A stretch of DNA of 64,000 nucleotides from Mobula hypostoma (lineage: Eukaryota), in assembly GCF_963921235.1 (NCBI RefSeq), contig NC_086097.1, positions 254,636,001 through 254,700,000 of the forward strand, in the 5' to 3' direction. How positions within the stretch are numbered: position 1 is the first letter of the stretch; every line of letters starts with the position of its first letter. Of this stretch, positions 48,591 through 61,884 are shown piece by piece. The notes under the pieces are model-generated. The model did no database searches. It had not been told where the DNA came from and was given only the letters and a program-made list of their open reading frames with translations. The translations under genes were made by a program, and so were the position numbers.

Positions 48591-49646
48591 TCATTGCTTC
48601 ATTCCGGAGTCCCATTCAGCATCAGAAGCATAACACTTTGACACGGTTGTTTGCAGGTCAGCAAAGCGTGTATAAAACAAGAGCTTCACGGGCAGTCAGA
48701 AATTCCAGAGGCAATCAGAGCACTGCAAATTAAATCAAAGTACAGAGGGGGCAAGTGGGGCGGCCATTGTAGAGAGGAGGGCAGGGGTGAGAGTAGGAGC
48801 GTCAGGCTTTGACGCAAAAAGCTTCGGTGACAAGAGGTTGAGGCCAAAGAAACAGGTTAGAAGGGTTAGTTTTTCCTTTTGCTATTGCCCATTTGCTACT
48901 GGTTGCCCATAGTACAATGCAGGCAGGATGGCAGGTATGGCAGAGGAACGTTCCTCTTGTGGGATGTGAAATTCACAGAACCTGATGGTCTCCATGATGC
49001 AGGAAGTACAGCCAACTCCAGCTCATGAAAGACCACATTAAGGAGCTGGAGTTGGATGAACTAAGGATCATTCTGGACCAGAGCAATTGATAGATAAGAC
49101 TTCTGAGCAGGTGGTTACACCCACAGTGCAGAATTCAGGGAGTAGATGGGTGAACACCAAGAGGGATAAAGGGAGAAAGAAGTCAATGCATGGTTTCCCC
49201 CTATGCCCATCCCCCACAGCAACAGGTATACCCCTTTGGATACTGCTGAGGGGGATGACCTACCTGGGCAGGGCAGCAACATCCAGACCAACAGCACTGT
49301 GGTCTCAGAGCCTCAGCAGGATAGGGTGAAGTCAGGCAGAGCAATTGTTATAGGGGACAGATAGGAGATTCTGGGGCAGCAAGAGACGCCAGGATAGGGT
49401 CTGCCTCCCGGGTACTAGGGCCAGGATTTCTCTGAACAGTTGCAGAATATTATTCATGGGAAGGGCGAAAAGCCTTAGGTCATGGTACCTAGACAGGACA
49501 GAGGTAGAGGTCCTGTGCAGTAAGTTTAGGGAGTTAGGAAGGAGGCTGAAGGGCAGGATCTCCAAAGTGGTAATCTCCAGATTACTCCTGGTGCCACAAG
49601 CTAGGGAAGGTCAGGACAGGAAGAGAGCGCAGATGAAGGAGTGGCT

Positions 49647-50830
49647 TGATCAACTTTCTAATAAATATAATTTACCCAGATCTCACTTTTTTAGATACCT
49701 ACAGATTAGAAACTTCTTAATTACTGTTTCTCCTAATGTTCCATACTCATATCCAATGGATATTTTGGAAAAAATTTTAGATCTAAATCTCTCTCAGAAA
49801 AGTGTTGTAGCAATTATTTATAATATAATTATGAATTTATGTCCCGATGTTTCTAATAAAATTAAAACTGATTGGGAAAGAGAACTTAAGATTATTATAC
49901 AGATTGAAAAATGAGAAAAAATTCTTCAATTGGTTAATTCATCCTCTGTATGTGCTAAACATGTGTTGATACAGTTTAAAGTAGTGCACAGGCCTCACAT
50001 AAACTATCTCGTTATTATTCTTATATTAATCCAATATGTGATAGATGTCATTTCGAGATAGCTTCTTTAACTCACATGTTTTGGTCATGTCCTTTGTTGG
50101 AAAAATATTGGAAAGATATTTTTGATATTATTTCAACGGTTTTGAATACAGACTTACAACCTCACCCAATTACTGCTATTTTTAGATTACCAATGATAGA
50201 ATCAAATCATTTAACCTCTTCAGCTCGTCAGATGATTGCATTTCTTACTTTAATGGCTAGAGGATCTATTTTGCTGAATTGGAAAGAGATTAACCCTCCA
50301 AATGTATTTCATTGCTTTTCACAAACTATGCTGTATTTAAATTTGGAAAAGATTAGAAGTGTGGTTTATGACACTTCCATTAAATTTGAAAAAACTTGGA
50401 GGCCATTTATTCAACATTTTCATATGATGTAATTTGACCATTTCCAAACTTACTTTACTTCTCTGTAGTGTTGGTTGAGAGGAATGGAGTCGTCGACACT
50501 AAGGTTTTCTTTTCTCCCACTTTTTATGATGTTAAAACAGCCCAGGTCTTTTTTTAGTTTAGTTGATTAATTCTGTTTAGGTTAGTTTTTTTTTGAGGGG
50601 GTTTTATTTTAATTATTTTTTTATTTTTTCATGATTTTTGTCTATATATTTTCTTTTTGTTCTGTATTATTCATTGGTATCCTACATGATTGGGAGTTTT
50701 GTCAATTAAATACTATTTGGTTTTATAATTACTCATGTTAAGTATAACAATGTATTCCCAACAACTTTGTATCATTGCTATGTTATGTTTATATTCTATG
50801 AAACTAATAAAAAGATTGAAAAAGAAAGAA
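49647..50830 (+). mobile_element. L1/Tx1-clade LINE 3' fragment with 16-bp TSD
   Basis: HFFRYLQIRNF, QFKVVHR, CDRC..ASLTHMFWSCP (CCHC knuckle); AATAAA + A-rich tail; TSD agatgaaggagtggct (49631-49646) / agatgaatgagtggct (50831-50846). Confidence 0.9.
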
Positions 50831-51040
50831 AGATGAATGAGTGGCTGAGGAGATGCTGCAGGGGGCAGGGTTTCAAGTTCTTGGATCATTGAAACCTTTT
50901 CTGGGGAAGAGGTGACTTGTACAAGTGGGACACGTTGCACCTGAACTGGAGGGGAACTAATATCCTGGGAGGGATGTTCGCTAATGCTATTGGGGAGGGT
51001 TTAAACTAGATTTGCAGGGGGGTGGGAACCAAAGTGAAGG

Positions 51041-54010
51041 AACATAGAAACATAGAAACATAGAAAATAGGTGCAGGAGTAGGCCATTCGGCCTGTCAAG
51101 CCTGCACCGCCATTTATTATGATCATGGCTGATCATCCAACTCAGAACCCCACCCCAGCCTTCCCTCCATACCCCCTGACCCCCGTAGCCACAAGGGCCA
51201 TTTCTAACTCCCTCTTAAATATAGCCAATGAACTGGCCTCAACTGTTTCCTGTGGCAGAGAATTCCACAGATTCACCACTCTCTGTGTGAAGAAGTTTTT
51301 CCTAATCTCGGTCCTAAAAGGCTTCCCCTCTATCCTCAAACTGTGGCCCCTCGTTCTGGACTTCCCCAACATCGGGAACAATCTTCCTGCATCTAGCCTG
51401 TCCAATCCCTTTAGGATCTTATACGTTTCAATCAGATCCCCCCTCAATCTTCTAAATTCCAACGAGTACAAGCCCAGTTCATCCAGTCTTTCTTCATATG
51501 AAAGTCCTGCCATCCCAGGAATCAATCTGGTGAACCTTCTTTGTACTCTCTCCAAGGCAAGGATGTCTTTCCTCAGATTAGGGGACCAAAACTGCCCACA
51601 ATACTCCAGGTGTGGTCTCACCAAGGCCTTGTACAACTGCAGTAGTACCTCCCTGCTCCTGTACTCGAATCCTCTCGCTATAAATGCCAGCATACCATTC
51701 GCCTTTTTCACCACCTGCTGTACCTGCATGCCCACTTTCAATGACTGGTGTATAATGACACCCAGGTCTCATTGCACCTCCCCTTTTCCTAATCGGCCAC
51801 CATTCTGAAAATAATCTGTTTTCCTATTTTTGCCACCAAAGTGGATAATTTCACATTTATCCACATTAAATTGCATCTGCCATGAATTTGTCCACTCACC
51901 CAACCTATCCAAGTCACCCTGCATCCTCTTAGCATCCTCCTCACAGCTAACACTGCCACCCAGCTTCGTGTCATCCGCAAACTTGGAGATGCTGCATTTA
52001 ATTCCCTCATCCAAGTCATTAATATATATTGTAAACAACTGGGGTCCCAGCACTGAGCCTTGCGGTACCCCACTAGTCACCGCCTGCCATTCTGAAAAGG
52101 TCCCGTTTATTCCCACTCTTTGCTTCCTGTCTGCTAACCAATTCTCCACCCACACCAATACCTTATCCCCAATACCGTGTGCTTTAAGTTTGCACACTAA
52201 TCTCCTGTATGGGACCTTGTCAAAAGCCTTTTGAAAATCCAAATATACCACATCCACTGGTTCTCCCCTATCCACTCTACTAGTTACATCCTCAAAAAAT
52301 TCTATGAGATTCGTCAGACATGATTTTCCTTTCACAAATCCATGCTGACTTTGTCCGATCATTTCACCGCTTTCCAAATGTGCTGTTATCACATCCTTGA
52401 TAACTGACTCCAGCAGTTTCCCCACCACCGACATTAGGCTAACCGGTCTATAATTCCCCGGTTTCTCTCTCCCTCCTTTTTTAAAAAGTGGAGTTACATT
52501 AGCCACCCTACAATCCTCAGGAACTAGTCCAGAATCTAACGAGTTTTGAAAAATTATCACTAATGCATCCACTATTTCTTGGGCTACTTCCTTAAGCACT
52601 CTAGGATGCAGACCATCTGGCCCTGGGGATTTATCTGCCTTCAATCCCTTCAATTTACCTAACACCACTTCCCTACTAACATGTATTTCACTCAGTTCCT
52701 CCATCTCACTGGACCCTCTGTCCCCTACTATTTCTGGAAGATTATTTATGTCCTCCTTAGTGAAGACAGAACCAAAGTAATTATTCAATTGGTCTGCCAT
52801 GTCCTTGCTCCCCATAATCAATTCACCTGTTTCTGTCTGCAGGGGACCTACATTTGTCTTTACCAGTCTTTTCCTTTTTACATATCTATAAAAGCTTTTA
52901 CAGTCCGTTTTTATGTTCCCTGCCAGTTTTCTCTCATAATCATTTTTCCCCTTCCTAATTAAGCCCTTTGTCCTCCTCTGCTGAACTCTGAATTTCTCCC
53001 AGTCCTCAGGTGAGCCACTTTCTCTGGCTAATTTATATGCTTCTTCTTTGGAATTGATACTATCCCTAATTTCTCTTGTCAGCCACGGGTGCACTACCTT
53101 CCTTGATTTATTCTTTTGCCAAACTGGGATGAACAATTGTTGTAGTTCATCCATGCAACCTTTAAATGCTTGCCATTGCATATCCACCGTCAATCCTTTA
53201 AGTGTCATTTGCCAGTCTATCTTAGCTAATTCACGTCTCATACCTTCAAAGTTACCCCTCTTTAAGTTCAGAACCTTTGTTTCTGAATTAACTATGTCAC
53301 TCTCCATCTTAATGAAGAATTCCACCATATTATGGTCACTCTTACCCAAGGGGCCTCTCACAACAAGATCGCTAATTAACCCTTCCTCATTGCTCAAAAC
53401 CCAGTCCAGAATAGCCTGCTCTCTAGTTGGTTCCTCGACATGATGGTTCAAAAAACCATCCCACATACATTCCAAGAAATCCTCTTCCTCAGCACCTTTA
53501 CCAATTTGGTTCACCCAATCTACATGTAGATTGAAGTCACCCATTATAACTGCTGTTCCTTTATTGCACACATTTCTAATTTCCTGTTTAATACCATCTC
53601 CGACCTCACTACTACTGTTAGGTGGCCTGTACACAACTCCCACCAGCGTCTTCTGCCCCTTAGTGTTACGCAGCTCTACCCATATCAATTCCACATCTTC
53701 CCGGCTTATGTCCTTCCTTTCTATTGCGTTAATCTCTTCTTTAACCAGCAACGCCACCCCACTTCCCCTTCCTTCATGTCTATCCCTCCTGAATATTGAA
53801 TATCCCTGAACGTTGAGCTCCCATCCCTGGTCACCCTGGAGCCATGTCTCTGTGATCCCAACTATATCATAATCATTAATAACAATCTGCACTTTCAATT
53901 CATCCACCTTATTACAAATGCTCCTTGCATTGACACACAAGGCCTTCAGGCGCTCTTTTACAACTCTCTTAGCCCTTATACAATTATGTTGAAAAGTGGC
54001 CCTTTTTAAG
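51041..54010 (-). mobile_element. Young CR1 LINE, sister of 13370-16324
   Basis: Same (ATAGAAAC)n tail and near-identical ORF2. Confidence 0.95.
51142..54010 (-). pseudogene. CR1 ORF2 (endonuclease + RT) with one nonsense codon at 51769-51771
   Basis: ORFs 51769-54084 and 51142-51741 are in the same frame; CGA in the sister copy is TGA here. Confidence 0.9.
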
Positions 54011-56137
54011 AGGCAGAGGTTGGCACACAAATAGAGACAGCTTGTAGGGAGTTTCTGAGGAGGGGTAGGGAGATGATAGAGCAAAGATGCACTCAGCCTG
54101 ATGGTTTGATATGTCTATATTTTAATGCAAGGAGTGTCATAAACAAGACAGATGAACTCGGAGCATTGATCAATACATGGAACTATGATGTTGTGGCCAT
54201 TACAGAGACTAAGAAGTCTCAGGAGCAGGAATGGATGCTGAGTGAGCCAGATTTTATATGTTTCAAAAAGGACAGAGAGGGAAGAAAAAGAGATGGGACA
54301 TGGCATTGCTAATCAGGGATAGTATCACAGCTACAGAAAAGGAGGACGCCATGGAAGGATTGTCTACTGGGTCATTGTGGGTAGAAATCAGAAACTGGAA
54401 AGGGGCAACATCTCTGTGGGTATTTTTTCTGGACCTGTCCCTCCCCTGAATAGTAACAGAGACATTGTTACTACTCTGTGTTCTATTGAGGAGTAGACAG
54501 GGAGGCAGATTCTGGAATGGTGCAATAATAATCCTGTTGTTGCGATGTGTGACTTTAACTTTCCTAATATTGACTGGCATCTCCTTAGAGCAAGGGTTTT
54601 AGATGGGGTGGAGCTTGTTAGGTGTGTTCAGGAAGGATTCCTGATGTACTATGTAGATAAGCCAACTAGAAGAGAGGCTGTACTTGATCTGGTATTGGCA
54701 AATGAACCTGGTCAGGTGTCATCTCTCTCAGTGGGAGAACATTTTGAAGGTAGTGATCACAACTCTATCTCCTTTACCATAGCGCTGGAGAGGGATAGGG
54801 GCAGACGATTTGGGAAAATATTTAATTGGGGTAGAGGGAAATATGATGCTACTAGGTAGAAACTTGGGAGCATTAATTGGGAGCAGATGTTCTCAGAGAA
54901 CTGCACAGCAGAAATGTGGCAAATGTTCAGAGAACATTTGCATGGAGCTCTGCATAGGTATGTTCCATTGAGGCAGGGAAAGGATGGTAGGGTTAAAGAA
55001 CCATGGTGTACAAAGGATGTAGAAAATCTAGTTAAGATAAAAGAAGAAAAACTTATGAAAGGTTCAAGAAATGAGGTACTGTTAGAGCCCTAGAAAATTA
55101 CAAAGGTACCAGGGAGGAGCTCAAGAACAAAGTTGGGAGTGCTAGAAGGGGCCATGAGAAGGCCTTGGTGAGGAGGATTATGGAAAACCCCCAAGGCATT
55201 CTACAAGTATGTACAGAGTAAGAGGATGAGCCGTGTGAGAATAGGACCATCAGGAACGATAGTGAAAACGTGTGCATGGAGTCGGAGGAGGTAGCGGAGG
55301 TACTTAATGAATACTTTGCCACAGTATTCACCAGTGAAGAGGACCTTGACAATTGTGGGGATGGCTTATAGTGGACTGAAAAGCTTAAGCATATAGACAT
55401 CAAGGAAGAGGATGGGTTGGAGCTTTTGAAAGGTATTAGGTTAGATAAGTTGCCGGAACCGGATGAGATATACTCCAGGCTACTGTGGGAGGCGAGGGAG
55501 GAGATTGCTGAGCCTCTGGCAATGATCTTTGTACCATCAACAGGGATGGGAGAAGTATCAGGGGATTGGAAGGTTGCAAATGTTGTTCTTTCGTTGAAGG
55601 AAGGGAGTAGAGATAACCCAGGAAGTTATAGACCAGTCAGTCTGACTTCAGTGGTAGGCAAGTTGTTGGAGAAGATCCTGAGAGGCAGGAATTATGAGCA
55701 TTTGGAGAGACATAATCTGATTAGGGATAGTCAGCATGATTATGAGCCTGACTGAATTCTTTGAGGATGTTACAAAACACACTGATGAAGTTAAAGCACG
55801 GATGTAGTGTATATGGATTTCAGTAAGGCATTTGATAAGATACCCTATGCCAGGCTCATTCAGAAAATAAGGAGACATGGGATTCAAGGAGACTTTGTTT
55901 TGTGGATCCACAAATAGAGATGACCCAAAAGTTGGGGGTGTTGTGAATAGTCTGGAAAGTTGTCAGAGGTTACAGCAGGACATCAATAGGTTGCAGAACT
56001 GGGCTGAGAAGTGGCAGATGAAGTTCAACCCAGATAAGTGTGAAGTGGTTCATTTTGATAGGTCAAATTTGGTAGGTCAGAATATAATATTAATGGTAAC
56101 ACTCTTGGCAGTGTGGAGGATCCTGAGAGGCAGGAAT

Positions 56138-56186
56138 AACCAATTTCCCCCGGGATCAATAAAGTATGACTATGACTATGACTATG
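56138..56186 (+). mobile_element. Rex1-type 3'-tail micro-insertion
   Basis: aaccaatttcccccgggatcaataaag(tatgac)n inside CR1 RT. Confidence 0.8.
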
Positions 56187-57139
56187 CTCAGTGAGATCTT
56201 GGGTTCCATGTCCATAGGACACTCAAAGCTGCTGCGTAGGTTGACAGTGCCGTTAAGGAGGCGTATGGTGTGATGGCCTTCATCAATCTTGAGAGTGAGT
56301 TCAAGAGCTGTGAATGTTATAGCTGTACAAGACCTTAGTTAGACCCCACTTGGAGAACTGTGTTCAGTTCTGGTCACCTCACTACAGAAAGGATGTGGAT
56401 GCTAAAGAGAGAGTGCAGAGGAGATTTACAAGGATGTTGCCTGGATTGAAGAGCATGGCTTATGAAAATAGGTTGAGTGAACTCGGCCTTTTCTCCTTGG
56501 AGTGACGGAGGGTGAGAGGTGACCTGATAGAGGTGTATAAGATGTTGTGAGGCATTGATCGTGTGGATAGCCAGAGGCTTTTTCCCAGGGCTCTATTGGC
56601 TAACACGAGGAGGCACAGTTTTAAGGTGCTTGGAAGTAGGTACATGGGGGATGTCAGAGGTAAGTTTTTCACACAGAGAGTGGTGGGTGCATGGAATGGG
56701 CTGCCAGCGAAGGTGGTAGAGGCGGATGCAATGAGGTCTTTTAAGAGACTCCTGGATAGATCCCTGGAGCTTAGAAAAATAGAGAGATATGTGATAGGGA
56801 AATTCTAGGCAGTTTTTAGAGTAGGTTACATGGTCGGCACAACATTGTGGGCCGAAGGGCCTGTAATGTGCTGTAGATTTCTCGGTTCTATGTTCTACTT
56901 CCTGCCAGTCACATTATGTAAGACCTAGTGTCACTTTATGGACATAACAACCAATCTATTTATACAAGCTATTTTACATATTTACATTTATTGTGTATTT
57001 TATTATTATTGTTGTTGTTGTGTTCTTTATCTTGTTTTTTGTGCTGCATCAGATCCAGAGTAATAATTATTTTGCTCTCTTACACTTATGCACTGGAAAT
57101 TACATTAAACAATCGTGAATCCTTGAATTTATTATCCCT

Positions 57140-58570
57140 CTCAACCCCATTCTCCTGCCTTCTCCCCCATAACTTTTGATGCCCTGACTAATCAAGAATC
57201 TATCAACCTCTGCTTTAATTACACCCAATGACCTGGCCCCCCACAGCCACTTTTAGCAATAAATTCCACAGATTCACCACCCTCTAGCTGAAGAAATTCC
57301 TCCTCATCTGTTCTAGTGACATCACTGTATCGTGAGGATGTGGCCTCTGGTCCTAGACTCACCCACTGTATGAATCATCCTCTCCACACAGGTTCTGTCG
57401 AGGCCCTTCAATATTCAATAGGTTTTAATGCGCCTGCGCCGGTCGTGCAGGCAGCCCGGTACAGCCGTTCCCATCAGTATTCTTACTTTTTAACTTACGT
57501 TATTTGTTGTATTTTTTCACAGTAACACAGTGAAGCTGTACCCTCGCTAACATTCTGGTGGAGAGAGTTTTATTTGGGATTTTAGCGCTGGAAATAGTTA
57601 CATTCCGACACGGCTCAGTAGCGGGGCAGCAGTATGGTCGCATTGTGTATTCCAGGGACCAGCTGATTGAGCTTATGCCGGCCGGTTTAGTGAGCAGAGC
57701 AGCGGACACCCCGGCTGAAATCTGGAGGAAAACACACAGAGGATGCAGAGGGGGATCACAAAGTTGAGGAAAGAGGACCGGGTCGAGACAACAGAGACTT
57801 ATGGAGAAGAGGAGTTCAGTGGGTAATAAAATGGACGAGTTCACGGCGCTAGCCAGGCGTCAGAGAACATTTCGGGAGTGCAGTGTTATGTGTTTCACTG
57901 GAACGGGGCTGCACGAAGACATACCCGATCAAAACTTTTCCATGGACGGCTTCCAGACCGTTCCGGCTGACCGGAAGTGCACTGAGAGCGGTAAGCGTAA
58001 GTGTGTTGGGTGCTTACTGTTCTGGTTAACAACAGATGGTGCAATCCGGGTCGTATTACAATCGAGGAACGTGTTTGCAGACTGGATATTGAACATTTTA
58101 CTGTTGGACTTCGGCCATATTCCACCGAGATACAACACTGGGCGGCGCGGGAGGTCATTCCTGCCTGTGGCCATGGAACTTGCAGCTCCTCCCGTGGAGG
58201 GTCAGACACCCTGAGCCAATAGACTGGTCCTGGACTTACTTTCCATCTGGCATAGTTTGCATTTTGTTGTTTGATTGTTTGTTGTTTTTGTATTGTTATA
58301 TTTATACTCTATTCTTGGTTGGTGCGGCTGTAACGAAACCCAATTTCCCTCGGGATCAATAAAGTATATCTATCTATCTATGTATCTAATGATATCCCCG
58401 TCAATTTGCTAATCTCCAGCGAGTATAGGCCCAAACCCATCAAACAATCCTCATACCTTAACCCTTTCATTCCTGGGATCATTCTCATGACCCATCTCTG
58501 GATCCTCTCCAAAGCCAACACATTTTTACTTAGATCAGGTGCCCTAAAATGCTCACAATACTTCAAGTGT
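57140..58570 (-). mobile_element. CR1 3' fragment split by the 57431-58386 element
   Basis: CR1 3'-end motifs on both sides; SHLKYCEHF...ALERIQ at 58378-58593. Confidence 0.75.
57431..58386 (+). mobile_element. Internally deleted Rex1-like element keeping both 5' and 3' ends (956 bp)
   Basis: 5' leader, RIVYSRDQLI peptide, endonuclease start (SVGNKMDE, MCFT..LH..IPD), abrupt join at ~58121 to C-terminal SFLPVA and 3' UTR, (TATC)n tail; taatg flanks both ends. Confidence 0.8.
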
Positions 58571-58572
58571 GA

Positions 58573-58912
58573 TTGCAGGAAGATTGTTCCCAATGTTGGG
58601 GAAGTCCAGAATGAGGGGTCACAGTTTGAGGATAAAGGGGAAGCCTTTTAGAACCGACATGAGGAAAACTTCTTCACACGGAGAGTGGTGAATCTGTGGC
58701 ATCCTCTGCCACAGGAAACAGTTGAGGCCAGTTCATTGGCTATATTTAAGAGGGAGTTAGATATGGCCCTTGTGGCTAAAGGGATCAGGGGGTATGGAGG
58801 GAAGGCAGGTACAAGGTTCTGAGTTGGATGATCAGCCATGATCATACTGAATGGCGGTGCAGGCTCGAAGGGCCGAATGGCCTACTCCTGCATCTACTTT
58901 CTATGTTTCTAT
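58573..58912 (+). mobile_element. 3' end of the young CR1 family
   Basis: Reverse-complement match to 13370-13710 including the (TTTCTATG) tail. Confidence 0.9.
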
Positions 58913-59794
58913 GAGCAATGCATATTACATCCATATGATCTACAAACATAAGTTCACCGTCACGGTCTCAATGTTGTGACCACAAAGCACATGAAGATGG
59001 ACAGGTTTGATGCATTCTACCCATCTTGCATCACATTGTCAAAGTAACTTAAAATGCAATATTACAGAACTTTACCAAATTATTTAAAACTCTTTATTTA
59101 CAAATTTCTAATACATTCACTATTTTAGAAGGGTATCTATTAAATATAAGTACATACATTCTTATTAGTCATCATTTGTGAAAACATTCTGAGAGCATCA
59201 GACATAAAATCTTGGAGGTTTTGCACATTCTAGGAGGTCCATAACATAACTCATGGATCCTCAGTACAGAATGCTTGTCCACTCATATGCTAAGAAAAGC
59301 AAATTCAAATCTGAAGGTGTAGAGGGAAGGCAAAAGCATTTCCAATGGACAACAATCCAATCAATTTTAGTAAAGTTTTCAACTGTTCAATCACTGCTTA
59401 ATTCTGCATTTAAATAACTGACACAAGGAAAATGGAATCAATGAACAATTTCTAACAAGCTTTTTTAAAAAAAAAACAGACATATTGTAAAACAGAAAGG
59501 GGAACACAAGGAACTAATGAAATTTATCTTGAGTAATATATCAGCAAATTTATCTACACCCACAACTGTGGCTAGGCACAGCTCAAACACAACCTGTAAC
59601 TTTGCCAATTACATGACTATTGTTGGCTGAATTTCAGATGGTGATGAAGATGTGTATAGGGCAAGATAGATCAGCTGGATGAGTGATGCAGCAATCTTGC
59701 ACTCAATATCAGAAAGATCAGGAATTCATTATGGTTTTGGGGAAGGGGAAGACAAGGAAATACACACCCGTCCTCATTGAGGGATCAGACCGGA

Positions 59795-61882
59795 AGACAT
59801 AGGAGCAGAATTAGGCCATTTGGCCCATTAAGTCAGCTCCTCCATTCAATCATGGAAGATCATTTCCCCTCCTCAGCCCCATTCCCCAGTCTTCACCCCG
59901 TAACCTTTGATGCCATGTTCAATCAAGAACCTTTCAAGCTCTGCCTTAAATACACCAAATGACCTGGCCTCCACAGTTGCTTGTGGTAATAAATTCCACA
60001 AATTCACCCTCCTCTGGATAAAGAAATTTCTCCACATCTCTGTTTTAAATGGGTGCCCCTCTATCCTGAGTCTGTGCCCTCTTGTCCTATACTCCCCCAA
60101 CATGGGAAACATCCTTTTCATGTCTTCTCTGTCTTGGTCTTTCAACATTTGAAAGGTTTCAATGAGATACCCCCATCATCCATCTAAATTCCAGTGAGTA
60201 TAGACCCAGCGCCATCAATCATTCCTTGTATGATAACCCTTTTGTTCCCAGAATTATCCTTGTAAACCTCCTCTGAACCTTCTCAAATGTCAGCACATCT
60301 TTTCTAAGATGAGGGGCCCAAAACTGTTCACAATACTCAAGGTGAGGCCTCACCAGTGCCTTATAAAGCCTCAGCATCACATCCCTTCTCTGTATTCTAG
60401 ACCTCTTGAAATGAATGCTAACATCGCAGTTGCCTTCCTCACCACCAACTCAACCTGCAAGTTAACCAATTTCCCCCGGGATTAATAAAGTATGACTATG
60501 ACTATAACCTTTACGGTGTTCTACAGACGGACTCCCAAGTCCCTTTGCAGCTCAGGTTTTTGGATTTTCTCTCCATTTAGAAAATATTTTGAATATTTGC
60601 TTCTATTATCAAAGTGCACGACCACGCATTTTCCAACATTGCATTTCATTTGCCACTCTCTTGCTCATTCTCCTGATCTATCCAAGTCCTTCTGCAGCCT
60701 ACCTGTTTCCTCAACACTACCCGTTTCCTCAACAGTACCTGCCCCTCCACCAATCTTTGTATCCACTGCAGACTTAGCAGAAAAGCCGTCTATTCCATCA
60801 TCTAAATACAGCACAAAAAGAAGTGGTCCCAACACCAACCCCCGAAGAACACCACTAGTTACTGGCAGCCAACCAGAAAGGGATCCTTTTATTCCCACAC
60901 GCTTCCTCCTACCAATCAGCCAATGCTCTAATCATGCCAGTAACTTCCCTGTAATACCATGGGCTCTTAACTTGCTAAGCAGCCTCATGTGTAGCACCTT
61001 GTGAAAGGCCTTCTGAAAGTCCAAATATACAACATCCACTGCATCCCCTTTATCTATCCTATTTGCAATCTCCTCATTGAATTCCAACAGGTATATCAGG
61101 CAAGATTTTCCCTTAAGGAAACCATGCTGACTTTGTCTTATCTTGTCCTGTGTCACCAAGTACTCCATAACCTCATCCTTAACAATTGACTCCAATTTCT
61201 TCCCAGTCACTGAGATCAGGCTAACTGGTCTATAATTTCCTTTCTGCTGCCTTCCTTCTTTCTTAAAGAATTGAGTGACATTTGCAATTTTCCAGTCCTC
61301 TGGCACCATGCCAGAGTCCAGTGATTTTTTTAAAAGATCATTACTAATGCCTCCACAATCTCTTCCACTACCTCTTTTGGAACACTGGGGTGCAGTTCAT
61401 CTGGCCCAGGCGACTTATGTACCCTTAGGTCTTACAACTTTTTGAGCACCTTCTCCCTTCTAATGGTAGCTGCACTCACTTCTCTTCCCTCACACCCTTC
61501 AACATCTGGCACATTGCCAGTGTCTTCCGTAGTGAAGACTGATGCAGAATACTCAGGTAGTTCATCTGGTATCTCCTTGGCCCTGTTATTATTTCTCCTG
61601 CATCATGTTCTAGTGGTCCTATATCCACCCTCATCTCCCTTTTATCTTTTTACATACTGTACTTGAAAAAGTTTTTACTCTCCACTTTGATATTGTTTGC
61701 TAGCTTGCTTTCATATTTCATCTTTTCCCTCCAAATGATTCTTTTAATTGCTCTCTGTAGGGTTTTAAAAGTTTCCCAATCCTCTGTCTTCCAACTAATT
61801 TTTGCTTTGGTGTATTCCCTCTCTTTTGCTTTTATGTTAACTTTGACTTCCCTTGTTAGCCATGGTTGTACTACTTTGCCAT
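59795..61882 (-). mobile_element. Decayed CR1 ORF2 with Rex1 micro-insertion at 60464-60505
   Basis: NYRPVSL, QSQHGF, YLDFQKAF, 3' UTR. Confidence 0.85.
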
Positions 61883-61884
61883 TA

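Larger units (their letters stand above)
48690..56897 (+). mobile_element. Near full-length decayed CR1 hosting L1 (49647-50830), young CR1 (51041-54010) and a Rex1 micro-insertion
   Basis: ORF1 relics 48930-51010 (CLPG, KVVISRLLLVP, LHLN), endonuclease from ~54110, RT to ~56800, (TTCTATG) tail at ~56885. Confidence 0.85.

Noticed and set aside
54011..54084. ATG start for the 771-aa ORF
   Set aside because: The ATG and first codons come from the antisense strand of the flanking host CR1; the fusion is accidental.
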